Assembly: GCA_963824495.1 (NCBI GenBank) | Contig: CAWGPQ010000011.1 | Span: 1 to 64,000, forward strand | DNA: 64,000 nt | Origin: an uncultured bacterium | Lineage (GTDB): Bacteria; Babelota; Babeliae; Babelales; Babelaceae | Direction of reading: 5' to 3' | In this document: positions 37,310 to 48,475 of the stretch, piece after piece | How positions within the stretch are numbered: the stretch's first letter is position 1 | Layout of the letters: each line of letters begins with the position of its first letter | The notes under the pieces: generated by a model | Databases searched by the model: none | Seen by the model: the letters and a program-made list of their open reading frames with translations, nothing else | Told to the model about the DNA's origin: nothing | Program-made: the position numbers and the translations under genes

Positions 37310-39220
37310 TTAATGTTGGTATCTTCCGCCAAGATGGCGTGCTAAGAATTTTTCAGCATGTGCGTAAAACTTCAAGCGATTTTTAGACTTGGCTAAATTA
37401 TGTCCTTCATCAGGAAACAGAAGATATTCATGAGGCATGTTGCGCTCTTTAAGAGCAGCAACCATTTGTTCAGCTTCAGCTTGCTTTACCCGCGGATCCT
37501 TGCCTCCTTGGGCAATTAATAGAGGTATTTTGATAGCATCCACACTAAAGAGAGGCGAGCGTGATTTTAAGAAATCTTGTTCAATCTCAGGATTGCCTAT
37601 TCTTGTGTATATACTTTGTTGCGCATGGATCCAATAGGCGGGTGCAGATCGTAGAAAAGTGAGCAAGTTGCTTGGTCCACAAATATCGATCGCGCAACGG
37701 AAAATATCGGGAGTAAATGTAGCGCCGCAGAGCGCAGCGTAACCACCATATGAACCACCATAAATAGCAACTTTCTTTGGGTCTGCGCTACCCTGATCTA
37801 TAAAATATTTCACCGTATCTATAAGATCATCGTGCATTTTGTTTCCCCATTCTTTATCTCCCGCATTGGTAAAGGTCTTACCATAGCCTGCAGAGCCTCT
37901 AAAGTTTACTTGAACACACATATAGCCTCTATTGGCAAGCCATTGAGCTTCTGGATTATAACCCCAGGTATTACGAGACCATGGCCCACCATGAACTTTT
38001 AGTACCATGGGCAAGTTATGTCGTTCGACACCGACAGGGTAGGTAACATATCCTTCGAGCTTAAGTCCATCACGAGCTTGTAGCGTAAAAGGTTCCATGT
38101 GAGCAAGAGAATATTTGGCAAGCTCTGGTCGACTTGCCCATAAAAGTGTTGCTTCTTGAGTTGCTCTTTTATAAAGATAATAATTTTTTGGGTTTGTATC
38201 TTTACTGATTGCCACAGTCCATACAGTATCTGCGTCATCACGGTCTATAATGTCAATTTCGCCATCTTCTGTCTGCTTAATTTTTTCTATGTCGTGCTTA
38301 ATTGAAGGATCGAGCACTATAACTTCTCTACGTGCTTTAGCAACTTGTACTGCTTGTATTTCGCCTGTCTTAGGATGTAGTATGGTACTTTTTATATCGT
38401 ACTGTGCATCGTGATACAAAACCGTTGTGTGACCGGTAGCACTATCAAGCTTTATAAGGCGCGTTGTAGTGCTCTTGTCCGGACTTACTAGAAAGATACT
38501 ATGACCATCACTGCTAAAACTTATAACTTGGCTTGCATCAGCGTCATCAGGGCTAAAAGCTATTACCACGTTCCATTCAGCAGTTGGTGTCTCTCGTATC
38601 CAAACTTGAATGCCGCCATCGTCAGATTGAATAACTTTGCCGCGAATGTTACCTTGATTGTCAGGTAACCAACTCATAACGTTGCCGGGATTTTTCTCAA
38701 GCAGTGTTAGCTCCCCCGAGACTATAGTAACATTATAGAGATCGTGCAAGGCTGGATTATCTTTGTTAAGTTCAATAAGTATATCATGAGGTTTCTGAGA
38801 ATTAACGTTAAGGATGCGTGCTTGTATATTCTCAAAGGGTGTTAAATTTTTTACCTCATGTGTTTCAAGGTTAATGGTATATATGCAATCATTTTCATCG
38901 CCATCATTATCTTGAAGATATGCTAGACCGCTACTGTCAGGCAACCAAATATATAAGCTCGTTCCTCTGGTTATAGCTCGATCGTCATCTTTGCCAATAG
39001 TTTTTACCCAGATATGAGGCTTTCCGTTAAAAGGGGCTCTATATGCAAGTTTCGTGCCATCAGGTGAAAGATGAGGCTCCCCTTTTTCTGGTGTACCAAA
39101 TAATACCTCACGTGGGATCAAGGGCACAGGAGATGCCTGTATTACTGATTCTTTCTTATATAAGAGCCAGCCTAACGCTAAGCTCATTATGATACATAAA
39201 AGCGGCCGTAAACTTTTCAT
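37310..39220 (-). CDS. S9-family (prolyl oligopeptidase-like) peptidase
   Basis: VHGGP, GGSYGG nucleophile, DPRV and DEGH; N-terminal propeller and anchor. Confidence 0.93.
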   Translation of the reverse strand: MKSLRPLLCIIMSLALGWLLYKKESVIQASPVPLIPREVLFGTPEKGEPHLSPDGTKLAYRAPFNGKPHIWVKTIGKDDDRAITRGTSLYIWLPDSSGLAYLQDNDGDENDCIYTINLETHEVKNLTPFENIQARILNVNSQKPHDILIELNKDNPALHDLYNVTIVSGELTLLEKNPGNVMSWLPDNQGNIRGKVIQSDDGGIQVWIRETPTAEWNVVIAFSPDDADASQVISFSSDGHSIFLVSPDKSTTTRLIKLDSATGHTTVLYHDAQYDIKSTILHPKTGEIQAVQVAKARREVIVLDPSIKHDIEKIKQTEDGEIDIIDRDDADTVWTVAISKDTNPKNYYLYKRATQEATLLWASRPELAKYSLAHMEPFTLQARDGLKLEGYVTYPVGVERHNLPMVLKVHGGPWSRNTWGYNPEAQWLANRGYMCVQVNFRGSAGYGKTFTNAGDKEWGNKMHDDLIDTVKYFIDQGSADPKKVAIYGGSYGGYAALCGATFTPDIFRCAIDICGPSNLLTFLRSAPAYWIHAQQSIYTRIGNPEIEQDFLKSRSPLFSVDAIKIPLLIAQGGKDPRVKQAEAEQMVAALKERNMPHEYLLFPDEGHNLAKSKNRLKFYAHAEKFLARHLGGRYQH

Positions 39221-39376
39221 TGATTGTTTCCCATCTTGATATCTAAATTTTTAAAATAACGGGTAATGCTTGGTAAAATAATTATTAATAATTACATAAT
39301 AAGTTTGTTATGTCAACTTGAATTTTAATTTAGATAGTAAGAAATTTGCTGCATAGTAGTGTTGTTATAAGATGAG

Positions 39377-39419
39377 AAAAAGAGAAGAGGCAGAGATTAA
39401 AACTCTGCCTCTTCTCTTT
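39377..39419 (-). terminator. Intrinsic terminator of dnaK
   Basis: Perfect 17-bp inverted repeat aaagagaagaggcagag / ctctgcctcttctcttt with a 7-nt loop; U-tract on the minus strand. Confidence 0.85.
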
Positions 39420-39445
39420 GCTTAAGTTCAAAATTAGGAAGATAG

Positions 39446-41311
39446 TTATTCTTCGATTTCGGGCTCGATAGGGCCTTGCTCTCCCGCGCCAGGTCCTGCG
39501 CCACCTTGACCTTTATAGAGGGTCTCGGCGATCTTGTATGACGCTTGCAAGAGTTCGTCGGTTGCTTTTTGGAGCTCTTGAGGGTTGTTTTCGTGCTCTT
39601 TGAGTGCTTGTCGTGCTTTATCAAGTGCCGATTCAAGAGCAGTTATGTCATCCGGCGATAGTTTTTCACGGTTTTCGCGCAATGTTTTTTCAACATCGAG
39701 TATAAGGCCATCTAAACGATTGCGTTTTTCGATCGTTTCGCGTGCAGCACGATCTTCAGTTTCATGAGATTGAGCTTCTCTGACCATACGCTCAACCTCT
39801 TCTTTAGATAGTCCCGTGCTTGAGGTGATGGTGATCTTTTGCTCTTTGCCTGTTGCTTTATCTCGAGCTGATACGCTGACAATACCGTTAGCATCGATAT
39901 CAAAGGTTACTTCGATTTGTGGTACACCACGTGGGGCTGGCGGTATGCCTTCGAGTCTAAATTGACCCAAGAGTTTATTGTCTCTGGCAAATTCACGCTC
40001 TCCTTGAACAACTCTAATATCAACAGCTGTTTGGTTATCTTCGGCCGTGCTAAATACCTGTGATTTGCGTGTTGGAATAGTTGTATTGCGTTCTATTAAG
40101 CGTGTTGCGATACCGCCCATGGTTTCAATACCTAATGAAAGCGGTGTTACATCGAGCAAGAGGAGGCTTGTCACTTCACCGGCAAGAATAGCGCCTTGTA
40201 TTGCTGCACCGATAGCAACTACTTCGTCAGGGTTAACAGATTTATTAGGCTCTTTGCCAAAAAAGTCTTTAACCAGTTGCTGTACTTTGGGGATACGAGT
40301 TGAACCGCCGACTAAAATTACTTCATCGATTTTATCTTTGGTAAGTCCAGCATCTTCCATAGCACGCTTGCAGGGGACTAAGAGACGTTGAAAAATATCG
40401 CTGCAGAGTGATTCAAGTTTTGCACGTGAGATTTTTAGGCTCAAGTGTTTTGGCCCCGAGGCATCTGCAGTAATATAGGGCAGATTGACTTCGGTCTCAT
40501 CCAGCGTTGAAAGTTCTACTTTAGCTTTTTCTGCTGCTTCTCGTAGGCGCTGGAGTGCCATACGATCGTTGCGTAAATCGATGCCTTGTTCACGCTTAAA
40601 CTCGTCGATCATATAATTCATTAATACTTGATCGATATCATCGCCACCAAGATGCGTGTCGCCATTGGTTGCGCGCACTTCGATAACTCCATCATGGATC
40701 TCAAGAATTGAAATATCGAAGGTCCCACCACCAAAGTCAAATACGGCAATAGTGCCACTTTTCTTTTTATCAAAACCGTAGGCGAGTGCTGCTGCCGTTG
40801 GTTCGTTAATAATACGTTTGACATCGAGTCCAGCTATTCTGCCAGCGTCTTTTGTGGCTTGACGTTGTGCATCGTTAAAATAAGCAGGTACCGTAATAAC
40901 TGCTTGTGTAACTGCTTGGCCAAGGTAATCTTCTGCCGCACTTTTTAATTTAGCAAGTATTGCAGCCGATATTTCTTCTGGTGTGTACTCTTTGCCTTGT
41001 ACTTGAACGGCAACATCGCCATTACTACGCGGTATAAGCTTATAGGGTACAAGTTTTGCCTCGTTGCGGACTTGGTCATATTTTAGTCCAATAAAGCGTT
41101 TTATGGAGAAAATAGTATTTTCAGGATTTGTTACGGCTTGTCGTTTTGCAAGAATACCTACAAGTCGTTTTCCATCTTTGGTAAAGGCGACGACGGAGGG
41201 AGTCGTATTTTGTCCTTCTTGATTGGGGATAACTTTCGGTGTGCCTCCTTCTACGGCGGCGACAACCGAGTTGGTAGTTCCTAAGTCTATGCCTATGATT
41301 TTACTGGCCAT
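39446..41311 (-). CDS. dnaK: Chaperone DnaK (Hsp70)
   Basis: [33 protein letters not shown] and [11 protein letters not shown]. Confidence 0.98.
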   Translation of the reverse strand: MASKIIGIDLGTTNSVVAAVEGGTPKVIPNQEGQNTTPSVVAFTKDGKRLVGILAKRQAVTNPENTIFSIKRFIGLKYDQVRNEAKLVPYKLIPRSNGDVAVQVQGKEYTPEEISAAILAKLKSAAEDYLGQAVTQAVITVPAYFNDAQRQATKDAGRIAGLDVKRIINEPTAAALAYGFDKKKSGTIAVFDFGGGTFDISILEIHDGVIEVRATNGDTHLGGDDIDQVLMNYMIDEFKREQGIDLRNDRMALQRLREAAEKAKVELSTLDETEVNLPYITADASGPKHLSLKISRAKLESLCSDIFQRLLVPCKRAMEDAGLTKDKIDEVILVGGSTRIPKVQQLVKDFFGKEPNKSVNPDEVVAIGAAIQGAILAGEVTSLLLLDVTPLSLGIETMGGIATRLIERNTTIPTRKSQVFSTAEDNQTAVDIRVVQGEREFARDNKLLGQFRLEGIPPAPRGVPQIEVTFDIDANGIVSVSARDKATGKEQKITITSSTGLSKEEVERMVREAQSHETEDRAARETIEKRNRLDGLILDVEKTLRENREKLSPDDITALESALDKARQALKEHENNPQELQKATDELLQASYKIAETLYKGQGGAGPGAGEQGPIEPEIEE

Positions 41312-41400
41312 GCAAACCTTTCGACTTTTATTAGTTTCTGTTTCTAGCTAGTATATTTTTATTAAATTTTCATTAAAATGTCAATAAAAGACTCAGATTT

Positions 41401-41421
41401 CTTGAGTGAAAGAGACTCATA
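41401..41421. promoter_or_regulatory. HAIR (HspR-associated inverted repeat) upstream of dnaK
   Basis: CTTGAGT-gaaagag-ACTCATA versus consensus CTTGAGT-N7-ACTCAAG. Confidence 0.75.
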
Positions 41422-41500
41422 TTTTTGTGGACGTAGTGTTGATGTAGTCAAGCCCCTCAGCTTTCTTGACACGAGCTTTGGGGTATGTGTGGTAAGGATG

Positions 41501-42997
41501 TTATACAGAGATCAAGCTTTGGGTTTGACTACGTGTGACAAGGGAAGCGATGATGGTGCTGTCGGTGACGGTAGAATATCTTTCAAGAGTAAGTAAAGAG
41601 CAGCAGATGGTACTAGCAATAGCTATGGACAGAATAGTATAGGGCTTGAGAGCTTGCCAGGGAAAATGACAAGCTGGCGTAGTGACGTATCTGCTACACT
41701 CAACGGAAAAAAGCGTTAGTAAGCTGCTGATTAATCGAGCAGCTTGTAGAATAAGAATGCATGAAACAACATGTATATATGTTTTATAAGCTAAAAATAG
41801 AGTAAGCACAAGCCCTATACTATAGGGAATGTACGAAATAAACAGGACGCGATACTGTGTGCTTATCTCAAGAAGTCGTTCATAGGGAGACAGCAATGTC
41901 TCAAGCAGATAGCTGCTGACTAAAACAAAAAAAATGATAGCACTCGTATAATGTGCTGGTTGTGTAGTATGTATAAAAATATGTATAAAAACAGGAAAAG
42001 CTACTGCACTTATAAGTGCCAAAAGGGGGATGCAGAGGCGAGCTATTTTGATGGAAAGCTCTGAAAATGAACGGGGAACGAGGATCATAAACTGAGGATC
42101 GGCGTAACTATGAGCGAGTAAGGCCGTATCGCTTACACCAATAGTCCTGACTACAATTCGATGAATGAGCAAGGCACCATCTTGAGAGACTTTATACGTG
42201 GCAGCTGCTGCTGGATCGAAAAAATGAGCAATAAGGGGTGTAACGACGTTACGCTCTGATAAGCTTTTTAAAAGCGTACTGAGCCACATAAAGAGCGAAT
42301 GCTTAATAAATGAAGGGGCTGGCTGTTCTTTGGGCTGCTCTCTGGTTTGAGAAAGCGGCTGCCATAAAAATTGCTGAAAGAGGGCAGGAAGGCTTAAGCA
42401 GCAAACAGCGATACTTAAAGCGGTTTTAATAAGTAATATGTGCGCCACGCTCAACGTATACCCCAAGCTCAGCACACTAAGTATGATAACAGATTCACAT
42501 AAGATGCAGGATGTCCATAGCATATTAAATTGCTTATTGCGAAATTGAGCATGATACACAAGCCGTAATAACGAGACAAGCCCTTCAGTGCAAAAAAGTA
42601 GAGCGGCGCATATGCTAATAGACCGTTCATAGGTGACATGAACAAAAGCAGCTAGTGATGGACCAGTTACCACAAAGAGTGTGGCAATCAGTGCCAAAAG
42701 AGTAGCATAACACCCAAGAAAAAGCGCAACGTAATACGGGTGGTTGCGACTTGTGAATAAGACTGTGCCATAGGAAGGGATAGATTTACGTAAGCCCCCG
42801 TCGAGCCACAAAAGGCACAAGTAGAGTATATTTTGAAGTGAGGCAAGTGTAACGAAGTCATTAACTGAAAGTGTATAATAGAGAAAAAATGTTGTGCAAG
42901 TTCCAGCACATTTAGAGATGCCATATGAGATACCATTCCAGGTGATACTTGTATTAAAACGTGCTATAAGATCATGATAGGCCATAGAAATGTGCAT
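41501..42997 (-). CDS. MOP-superfamily (oligosaccharide flippase/Rft1-like) multi-pass membrane protein
   Basis: About 12 hydrophobic segments and a D.GL...IP motif typical of Wzx-like proteins; real start may be ATG 42985. Confidence 0.6.
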   Translation of the reverse strand: MHISMAYHDLIARFNTSITWNGISYGISKCAGTCTTFFLYYTLSVNDFVTLASLQNILYLCLLWLDGGLRKSIPSYGTVLFTSRNHPYYVALFLGCYATLLALIATLFVVTGPSLAAFVHVTYERSISICAALLFCTEGLVSLLRLVYHAQFRNKQFNMLWTSCILCESVIILSVLSLGYTLSVAHILLIKTALSIAVCCLSLPALFQQFLWQPLSQTREQPKEQPAPSFIKHSLFMWLSTLLKSLSERNVVTPLIAHFFDPAAAATYKVSQDGALLIHRIVVRTIGVSDTALLAHSYADPQFMILVPRSFSELSIKIARLCIPLLALISAVAFPVFIHIFIHTTQPAHYTSAIIFFVLVSSYLLETLLSPYERLLEISTQYRVLFISYIPYSIGLVLTLFLAYKTYIHVVSCILILQAARLISSLLTLFSVECSRYVTTPACHFPWQALKPYTILSIAIASTICCSLLTLERYSTVTDSTIIASLVTRSQTQSLISV

Positions 42998-43015
42998 CTC
43001 CTTCAGCGCAATAAT

Positions 43016-44371
43016 TTAGCGCAATAAGAGCGAGTAATACAGGATACTAGCGAGAATAAGTGCAGCGCCAACGGTACGCTTTTCTAAGCTCCATGATGGG
43101 TGTAATTGCCAGGTATAAGCTGCGCTGAGGGTAAGTGCACAGTAGAGGATGAGTCGGGCACCCGCCATAAGCATGAGAACTGTGCTGGGTGTGTGGTTTA
43201 AGCAGATAAGGGCATAAGCAAGTATAAGAGCGCACAGGCTATTAAGAGAAAATATAACATGAGATTTTTCTTCAATTATGTACCATTTTTCGTAGAGTGC
43301 AAGAAATCCTTCTATAAAGCTCATGCTCATGATCGAAACGGTAAATAATAAGAGATTGATATCGGATGATACAGTAAAAATATGAGATCTATTTATAACA
43401 AGAATCAGCAAAAGAGCATAGAGTACCTGATGTAATCTATGAGTTACAAAAGTAAAAATTTCTTTCTTTGTAGTCAGTGATACATTCTTAGTTTGTGATA
43501 AAAGGGCCATGCCTGTCATGCCAAAGATCTTATGGGCAACAAGCGTTATCCACTGTGCTATAGAACTTGCTATCTTAAGAGCACTTGCTGATTCTACACC
43601 CAGACGAAATGCAAAGAACGACACTAAAAAATTTACTGAAAAGAGTTGACTTACCAGCTGATTGCCCCCTGTAAAGATACGTGCTTTAATCATGCGTGTG
43701 GCAAGCGAATAAGTATGATAGTTGTGATAATTGTGATGAGGCACCGGGGGTAGCTGACGATGCCAATGTAAAACTCCCAAGCTCAAGATACTTGCTTGAA
43801 CTAACGAAACGCAGAGCAGCGTAGCAAAAGAACAGGTTAAACTTAGGGTACCTGTTATAAGGTACCATGCCCATATTCCTAAGCAATAGACAAGCATCCC
43901 AATAACTTCAGTAAGCGCGGTAACTGGTGTATATAACGTAAGCTGCAGAAAAACCTTGAAAGTTTTCTTAATGCTTTCGCTTATCAGAGCAAGCGTGAGG
44001 ACAAAGATGAGCAGAGGTTCAGCTCGCATGAACTCAGGGAGCGGAAGCATAGGGGATTGCCAACAGGCAAGCACAAGGCAACAACTTACAATAAGCCATT
44101 GTGTTAGTACGAGAGAAAAAAGAACATGTGCGTGTGCCCTACTTTGAGAGAAATAATTGATAAAGGGCCCCAGAGAAAGGTCCAGTCCCATATTAACGAA
44201 AACGAGTGCAAGATAAAATGACGATAAAAGCGTGCCAAATTGTCCATGAAAGTGTATACCCATGCATGAGCGCACAAGCATATGATGCCCAACGAGCAGG
44301 CCCTGGGTAATCAACGAGTCGAGAGCATTCCATCGTGCTCCCTGCGTAAATGCTCTCGAAAAATTAAGCAT
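43016..44371 (-). CDS. MOP-superfamily flippase-like multi-pass membrane protein
   Basis: FTQGARWNAL N-terminus and NMGL..SL motif as in Wzx-like proteins; many TM segments; tandem with the previous gene. Confidence 0.6.
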   Translation of the reverse strand: MLNFSRAFTQGARWNALDSLITQGLLVGHHMLVRSCMGIHFHGQFGTLLSSFYLALVFVNMGLDLSLGPFINYFSQSRAHAHVLFSLVLTQWLIVSCCLVLACWQSPMLPLPEFMRAEPLLIFVLTLALISESIKKTFKVFLQLTLYTPVTALTEVIGMLVYCLGIWAWYLITGTLSLTCSFATLLCVSLVQASILSLGVLHWHRQLPPVPHHNYHNYHTYSLATRMIKARIFTGGNQLVSQLFSVNFLVSFFAFRLGVESASALKIASSIAQWITLVAHKIFGMTGMALLSQTKNVSLTTKKEIFTFVTHRLHQVLYALLLILVINRSHIFTVSSDINLLLFTVSIMSMSFIEGFLALYEKWYIIEEKSHVIFSLNSLCALILAYALICLNHTPSTVLMLMAGARLILYCALTLSAAYTWQLHPSWSLEKRTVGAALILASILYYSLLLR

Positions 44372-44545
44372 ATTCTTATCACTAGAGATAGTATGAGAAT
44401 AGTTATTAAAAAGTGTTTACTAACACTTTTAATACTATAGCACGTTGAAAGCCAGTCGACGAGATTTTTTTATGTGCTATACTATACTATAAGGGTAAAG
44501 GCTTTTTCGAAGGTCATTGGACCAATGCGAAAGAGGATTACCTCC

Positions 44546-45100
44546 ATGTTTTCCTTGTATGAAAAAGTTGTTTACCCGGGACATGGCGTTGCTCAAATCA
44601 ATCGTATTATAGAAAAAATGGTTGGCGGTCACTCTACTGCCTACTATGAGTTAACATTTTTAAATAAAGATGTAACGGTTCTTGTTCCTACCCATAACGT
44701 CCTTAGCGTAGGTATACGTCCTTTGAGCTCCCATGAAAATGTTAATGATGTTTTTAAAACTATTGCAGAACCAGCACGTAAAATTAATCACTATGAGTTT
44801 AATGCGAGTAATTGGAATAAGCGACACAAAGAGTATCAGGTGAAGCTCAGGACAGGAAATTTGCGAGAACTTTCTGAAATTTACCGTGACTTACGATTTA
44901 TAGAGACGCAAAAAGAGCTCTCGTTTGGCGAAAAAAACCTACTTAATCAAACTGAAGCTCTCTTGGTTGAGGAGATATCGCTTGTTGAAAAACTTGAGCA
45001 CTGTAAAACAATAGAGCACTTGCGTTCATTATGCGCAGCTCATCAGAGGAACCGCTTAGCTGAGCAGCAAGAAGTCAAAAGAAAGTTGGAGGGAGCGTAA
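44546..45100 (+). CDS. carD: CarD family transcriptional regulator
   Basis: F...EKVVYPGHGV..I, VLVP...VGIRPL, NWNKR and LSFGE; start after a GAGG SD. Confidence 0.92.
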   Translation: MFSLYEKVVYPGHGVAQINRIIEKMVGGHSTAYYELTFLNKDVTVLVPTHNVLSVGIRPLSSHENVNDVFKTIAEPARKINHYEFNASNWNKRHKEYQVKLRTGNLRELSEIYRDLRFIETQKELSFGEKNLLNQTEALLVEEISLVEKLEHCKTIEHLRSLCAAHQRNRLAEQQEVKRKLEGA

Positions 45101-45155
45101 GCTCCCCCATAGTCTCTTGTTATAAAGGGTGATAAAAAAAGGTGATAAAACAGTT

Positions 45156-46148
45156 ATGAATTTGGATTGTGCCGATCGTTTTTGTATTATGGTGCTTGGA
45201 CCTACAGGTGTTGGCAAAAGTGATTTTGCTCTCCAGCTTTCATATAAGGTGCCGGCAGAGATTATTAACTGCGATGTTTGCCAGTTTTATCAGCCTTTGA
45301 CTATAGGTACAGCAAAACCTGACTGGAAAGTACATGGTACCCCTCATCATGGGTATGACCTACTTACGCAACCGGTACAGTATGACGTTGTACGTTATCG
45401 TGAGTATCTGCTATCGATCATGAATGAGATATGGTCCCGTGGGAAAATACCCATACTTGTTGGTGGGTCACTTTTTTATAGCTACTCGCTCCTATTTCCG
45501 CCAGGCAGCTCTCTTTCGGGCAGGGTGTATGCTGCCGATCAAAAGACGACATATGAGCTTTGGCAAGAGCTTCATGTTCGCGATGAGAAGCGTGCCTTGG
45601 CTATCCACCTTCATGATCGCTATCGTATAGTACGAGCACTTTCAATTCTTGATGGTACTGGTATAAAACCGTCAGATATAAGACCAGCGTTTAGCCCGCC
45701 TTTTAGGAGCTTGATCTTGTTTCTCGATCGAGAACGCTCTGATCTTTATGATCGTATTAATAAACGGGTGGTTACTATGTTTCAGGAAGGCTGGCTCGAT
45801 GAAGTACAGGCCCTAACAGAACCATGGCGTATATTTTTAAAAACAAAAAAATGTATTGGTTATCCAGAAATTATTGATTTTCTTGAGCAGAAACAGCAGG
45901 AGAATATGCAGGAAAATGAGTATGCCTATAGTCAGCTTATGGCACGTATCCAGCGAAAAACAAGAAATTATGCCAAGCGGCAACTTACTTACTGGCGTAT
46001 GCTCAAGCGCCAGCTTACCCAAGCTCAAGCAGGATTGGGGGTACAGCCTATTGAGATCCAAGAGCTCAACTTGACTTTCTTGGATGTTGCTTTATACATA
46101 AGGCAATTATCTGATAAACTTATGCATAACGTTCGATGTTCCTTATGA
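45156..46148 (+). CDS. miaA: tRNA dimethylallyltransferase
   Basis: GPTGVGKS, IGTAKP, VGGSLFY, IGYPE and TRNYAKRQ. Confidence 0.93.
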   Translation: MNLDCADRFCIMVLGPTGVGKSDFALQLSYKVPAEIINCDVCQFYQPLTIGTAKPDWKVHGTPHHGYDLLTQPVQYDVVRYREYLLSIMNEIWSRGKIPILVGGSLFYSYSLLFPPGSSLSGRVYAADQKTTYELWQELHVRDEKRALAIHLHDRYRIVRALSILDGTGIKPSDIRPAFSPPFRSLILFLDRERSDLYDRINKRVVTMFQEGWLDEVQALTEPWRIFLKTKKCIGYPEIIDFLEQKQQENMQENEYAYSQLMARIQRKTRNYAKRQLTYWRMLKRQLTQAQAGLGVQPIEIQELNLTFLDVALYIRQLSDKLMHNVRCSL

Positions 46149-46723
46149 AACAAGATGAAACAAGCAAAAAACTAAATTATACTGTTGATCTCACGCATGT
46201 TCATATGAGCCGCATAAGCGCACTTGGTATCTTAGGAGCGTTTTTTATTTTTATGGCAGGTTACTATTGGGGAAAAAAGGGTGCTGCTGAAGACTTGACG
46301 CATATGGTTGCTCATGAATCATTGGCAGATAAAGTATATAGCTCAGTATGCTCACGCTATAAACCTCAAGCAGAGCAGTCCGGAGATGCCGAAGGTGCTC
46401 ATGAGGTGCGAGAGGCACAAGAGGCAGCGTTATCTGAATCAGCTAGTAACCAGCTTCCTTTTAAGCGATTTTCTGCAGAATTAATAGGATTTGGCTCACG
46501 TAAAGCTGCAGGTGATTATGTAAAGCGATTGGCTGCACGTGGTATTGCAGCTGAAAGTGTTGAACGTGTAAGCAGGACAGCACAGGGCAAGCGTCGAATT
46601 TGGTATCAAGTGGTTACGCCACCCATGGGCTATGAGGAACTTTGTTCATTGGTGGCTATGCTGAAAACTGTTGATCATCTTACCGGTGAAAAAATCATTG
46701 AACTAGCTTCTGAAACATCATGA
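46145..46723 (+). CDS. Single-TM protein with C-terminal SPOR-like domain
   Basis: TM ending AGYYWG, linker, then GF.S...A...V.RL...G...WYQV; ATGA overlap with miaA. Confidence 0.6.
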   Translation: MKQDETSKKLNYTVDLTHVHMSRISALGILGAFFIFMAGYYWGKKGAAEDLTHMVAHESLADKVYSSVCSRYKPQAEQSGDAEGAHEVREAQEAALSESASNQLPFKRFSAELIGFGSRKAAGDYVKRLAARGIAAESVERVSRTAQGKRRIWYQVVTPPMGYEELCSLVAMLKTVDHLTGEKIIELASETS

Positions 46724-46750
46724 ATAAAAAGATAATGAAAGGTTTTGTGT

Positions 46751-48439
46751 ATGATAGCTCTTATACGTAGACGCATTAGCCAAAAAGCTTATAAAGCTCT
46801 TTTATGGGTTACGGTATTTTCGCTTGTAGGATTCTCTACCATAACAAGTCTTTTTAAGCGACTGGGCAGTGGAAGCCCTCGGGAGATCGCTGAAGTTAAC
46901 GGTTATGAAATTTCTCCTCGTGAATTTCGTCGTAAAACGGCAGAAGAAGAGCGACGGCTTCAGAGCTTTAAGCAGCGCTTTGGCGATAGCGCACTCGCAA
47001 TGCTTCAATCAATGGGGATAAGCGGTAAGCCTGAAGAGCTGGCATTGCAATCATTAGTGCATGAAAAACTGCTTATAGAAACTGCCGATAAGCTCAAACT
47101 TCGTCTCGCACCGGAGTATGTTGCGATGAAAATGCGTGACCCGGTATTTATGATTCAAGCATTAAGTGATTTAATTCCTCCATTTGCCTTTACCGAAGCA
47201 GGCATAGATTACCCAACGTTATTTAAGTATTTACAGCGCCAAGGCATTTCAGTCAATGATTTTGATGAGTTGGTAGAGAATGCGATCAAGCAGCATCTTG
47301 TACTTGAACTCGCACAAGGTGCTTTGTATGTACCGGAGGCTGCGCTTAAAGAACGGTTTATCCGCGATTATCTTAAAAAGAAATATGCTCTTATGACTAT
47401 TCCACTTTCCTATTATAGTCAAGAGGTTACACAAGAGTCTGGGGTAAAAGTGGTAAAACCTGAAGAACTACAGGAGTTCTTTACGCAAGAAAATGCTCTA
47501 CGCAAACGTTACGTAGTACCTGAAAAGCGCAATGGTATAACATGGACATTTAAACCACAGGACTATGGCATTACTCTCTCAGATAAAGAAATCGAAGAAT
47601 ATTATCAGAAAAATAAGCAGCTTTTTATACGTAAAACGGAACAATTAGCTGAGCAAAAGAACGTACCGCAAGAAGCAAGCTATAAAGATTTGACAGAGGT
47701 GGGTAACGAGATTAAGCAACGCTTAGAACAAGAAAAGTTCAAAAAACAGTTTGCGGCCGATGCGCAGCGTACTATCAAGCAAGCGGAAGCATCACCGGAG
47801 CTATTTGATCAATTTGTACAAGCACATCATGGACAAAAATCTAATCTTGAGCATCAAGAGAAAACAAACTCTCGCAAAATTCAAAAGCTCTTTGATCTGT
47901 CTGAAGGCAAAAAAGCGTTCGTGCTTGAAGATGGCACCGGCTCTATTATGCAGCTCATAAATAGAGAAAAGAGCTATACGCCATCGCTTGATACTATTAA
48001 AGACCAGGTACTTCATGACCTTTATATTCAGCGAGCACGTGAAAGGCTTGCAGGTGATCTTGTACAGGTTTCTTCTCTTACGCTTGATCAACTACGTGAT
48101 TTTGCCAAAAAACATGGGGGAAGCGTAGAGGTAACTGACTGGCTTGCTCCTGATATGCAATCTGTCTGGTCATCACTTGAAAAGCGTGGCTTTCCCGGAC
48201 AAGCCATGATGGCTATGACGGTTACAGGGGCTCACGCTGATCTGCTTACGCCTGAAGCAGGACAGTATGCTCAAGCTATTGAAATAGAGCCCTTTGATAG
48301 CGCACGTTTTAATGAGCGCAAAAATGATCTATGGCGTGCTCTGTATGCAGAAGAGGCCCAGCAATTTTCTTATGGTCTTATTGCTTCTTTACAGAAAAAT
48401 GCTACAATTAAAATTAATAGCTCAGCAGTACGTTATTAA
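46751..48439 (+). CDS. SurA N-terminal domain / PpiD-like periplasmic chaperone
   Basis: N-terminal anchor, IAEVNG.EIS, and a C-terminal L...ATIKIN motif. Confidence 0.75.
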   Translation: MIALIRRRISQKAYKALLWVTVFSLVGFSTITSLFKRLGSGSPREIAEVNGYEISPREFRRKTAEEERRLQSFKQRFGDSALAMLQSMGISGKPEELALQSLVHEKLLIETADKLKLRLAPEYVAMKMRDPVFMIQALSDLIPPFAFTEAGIDYPTLFKYLQRQGISVNDFDELVENAIKQHLVLELAQGALYVPEAALKERFIRDYLKKKYALMTIPLSYYSQEVTQESGVKVVKPEELQEFFTQENALRKRYVVPEKRNGITWTFKPQDYGITLSDKEIEEYYQKNKQLFIRKTEQLAEQKNVPQEASYKDLTEVGNEIKQRLEQEKFKKQFAADAQRTIKQAEASPELFDQFVQAHHGQKSNLEHQEKTNSRKIQKLFDLSEGKKAFVLEDGTGSIMQLINREKSYTPSLDTIKDQVLHDLYIQRARERLAGDLVQVSSLTLDQLRDFAKKHGGSVEVTDWLAPDMQSVWSSLEKRGFPGQAMMAMTVTGAHADLLTPEAGQYAQAIEIEPFDSARFNERKNDLWRALYAEEAQQFSYGLIASLQKNATIKINSSAVRY

Positions 48440-48475
48440 GTACATATCATCAAAGATTGCTTTATAGGTGAATCA

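Noticed and set aside
39397..40824. Alternative-frame and antisense ORFs within dnaK (similar ones occur in ftsH, thrS, recA and rny)
   Set aside because: Expected shadows of conserved genes, with no independent signals.
44533..44544. GAGG-atta-CCTC hairpin over the carD SD
   Set aside because: A 4-bp stem is too weak to call regulatory without data.
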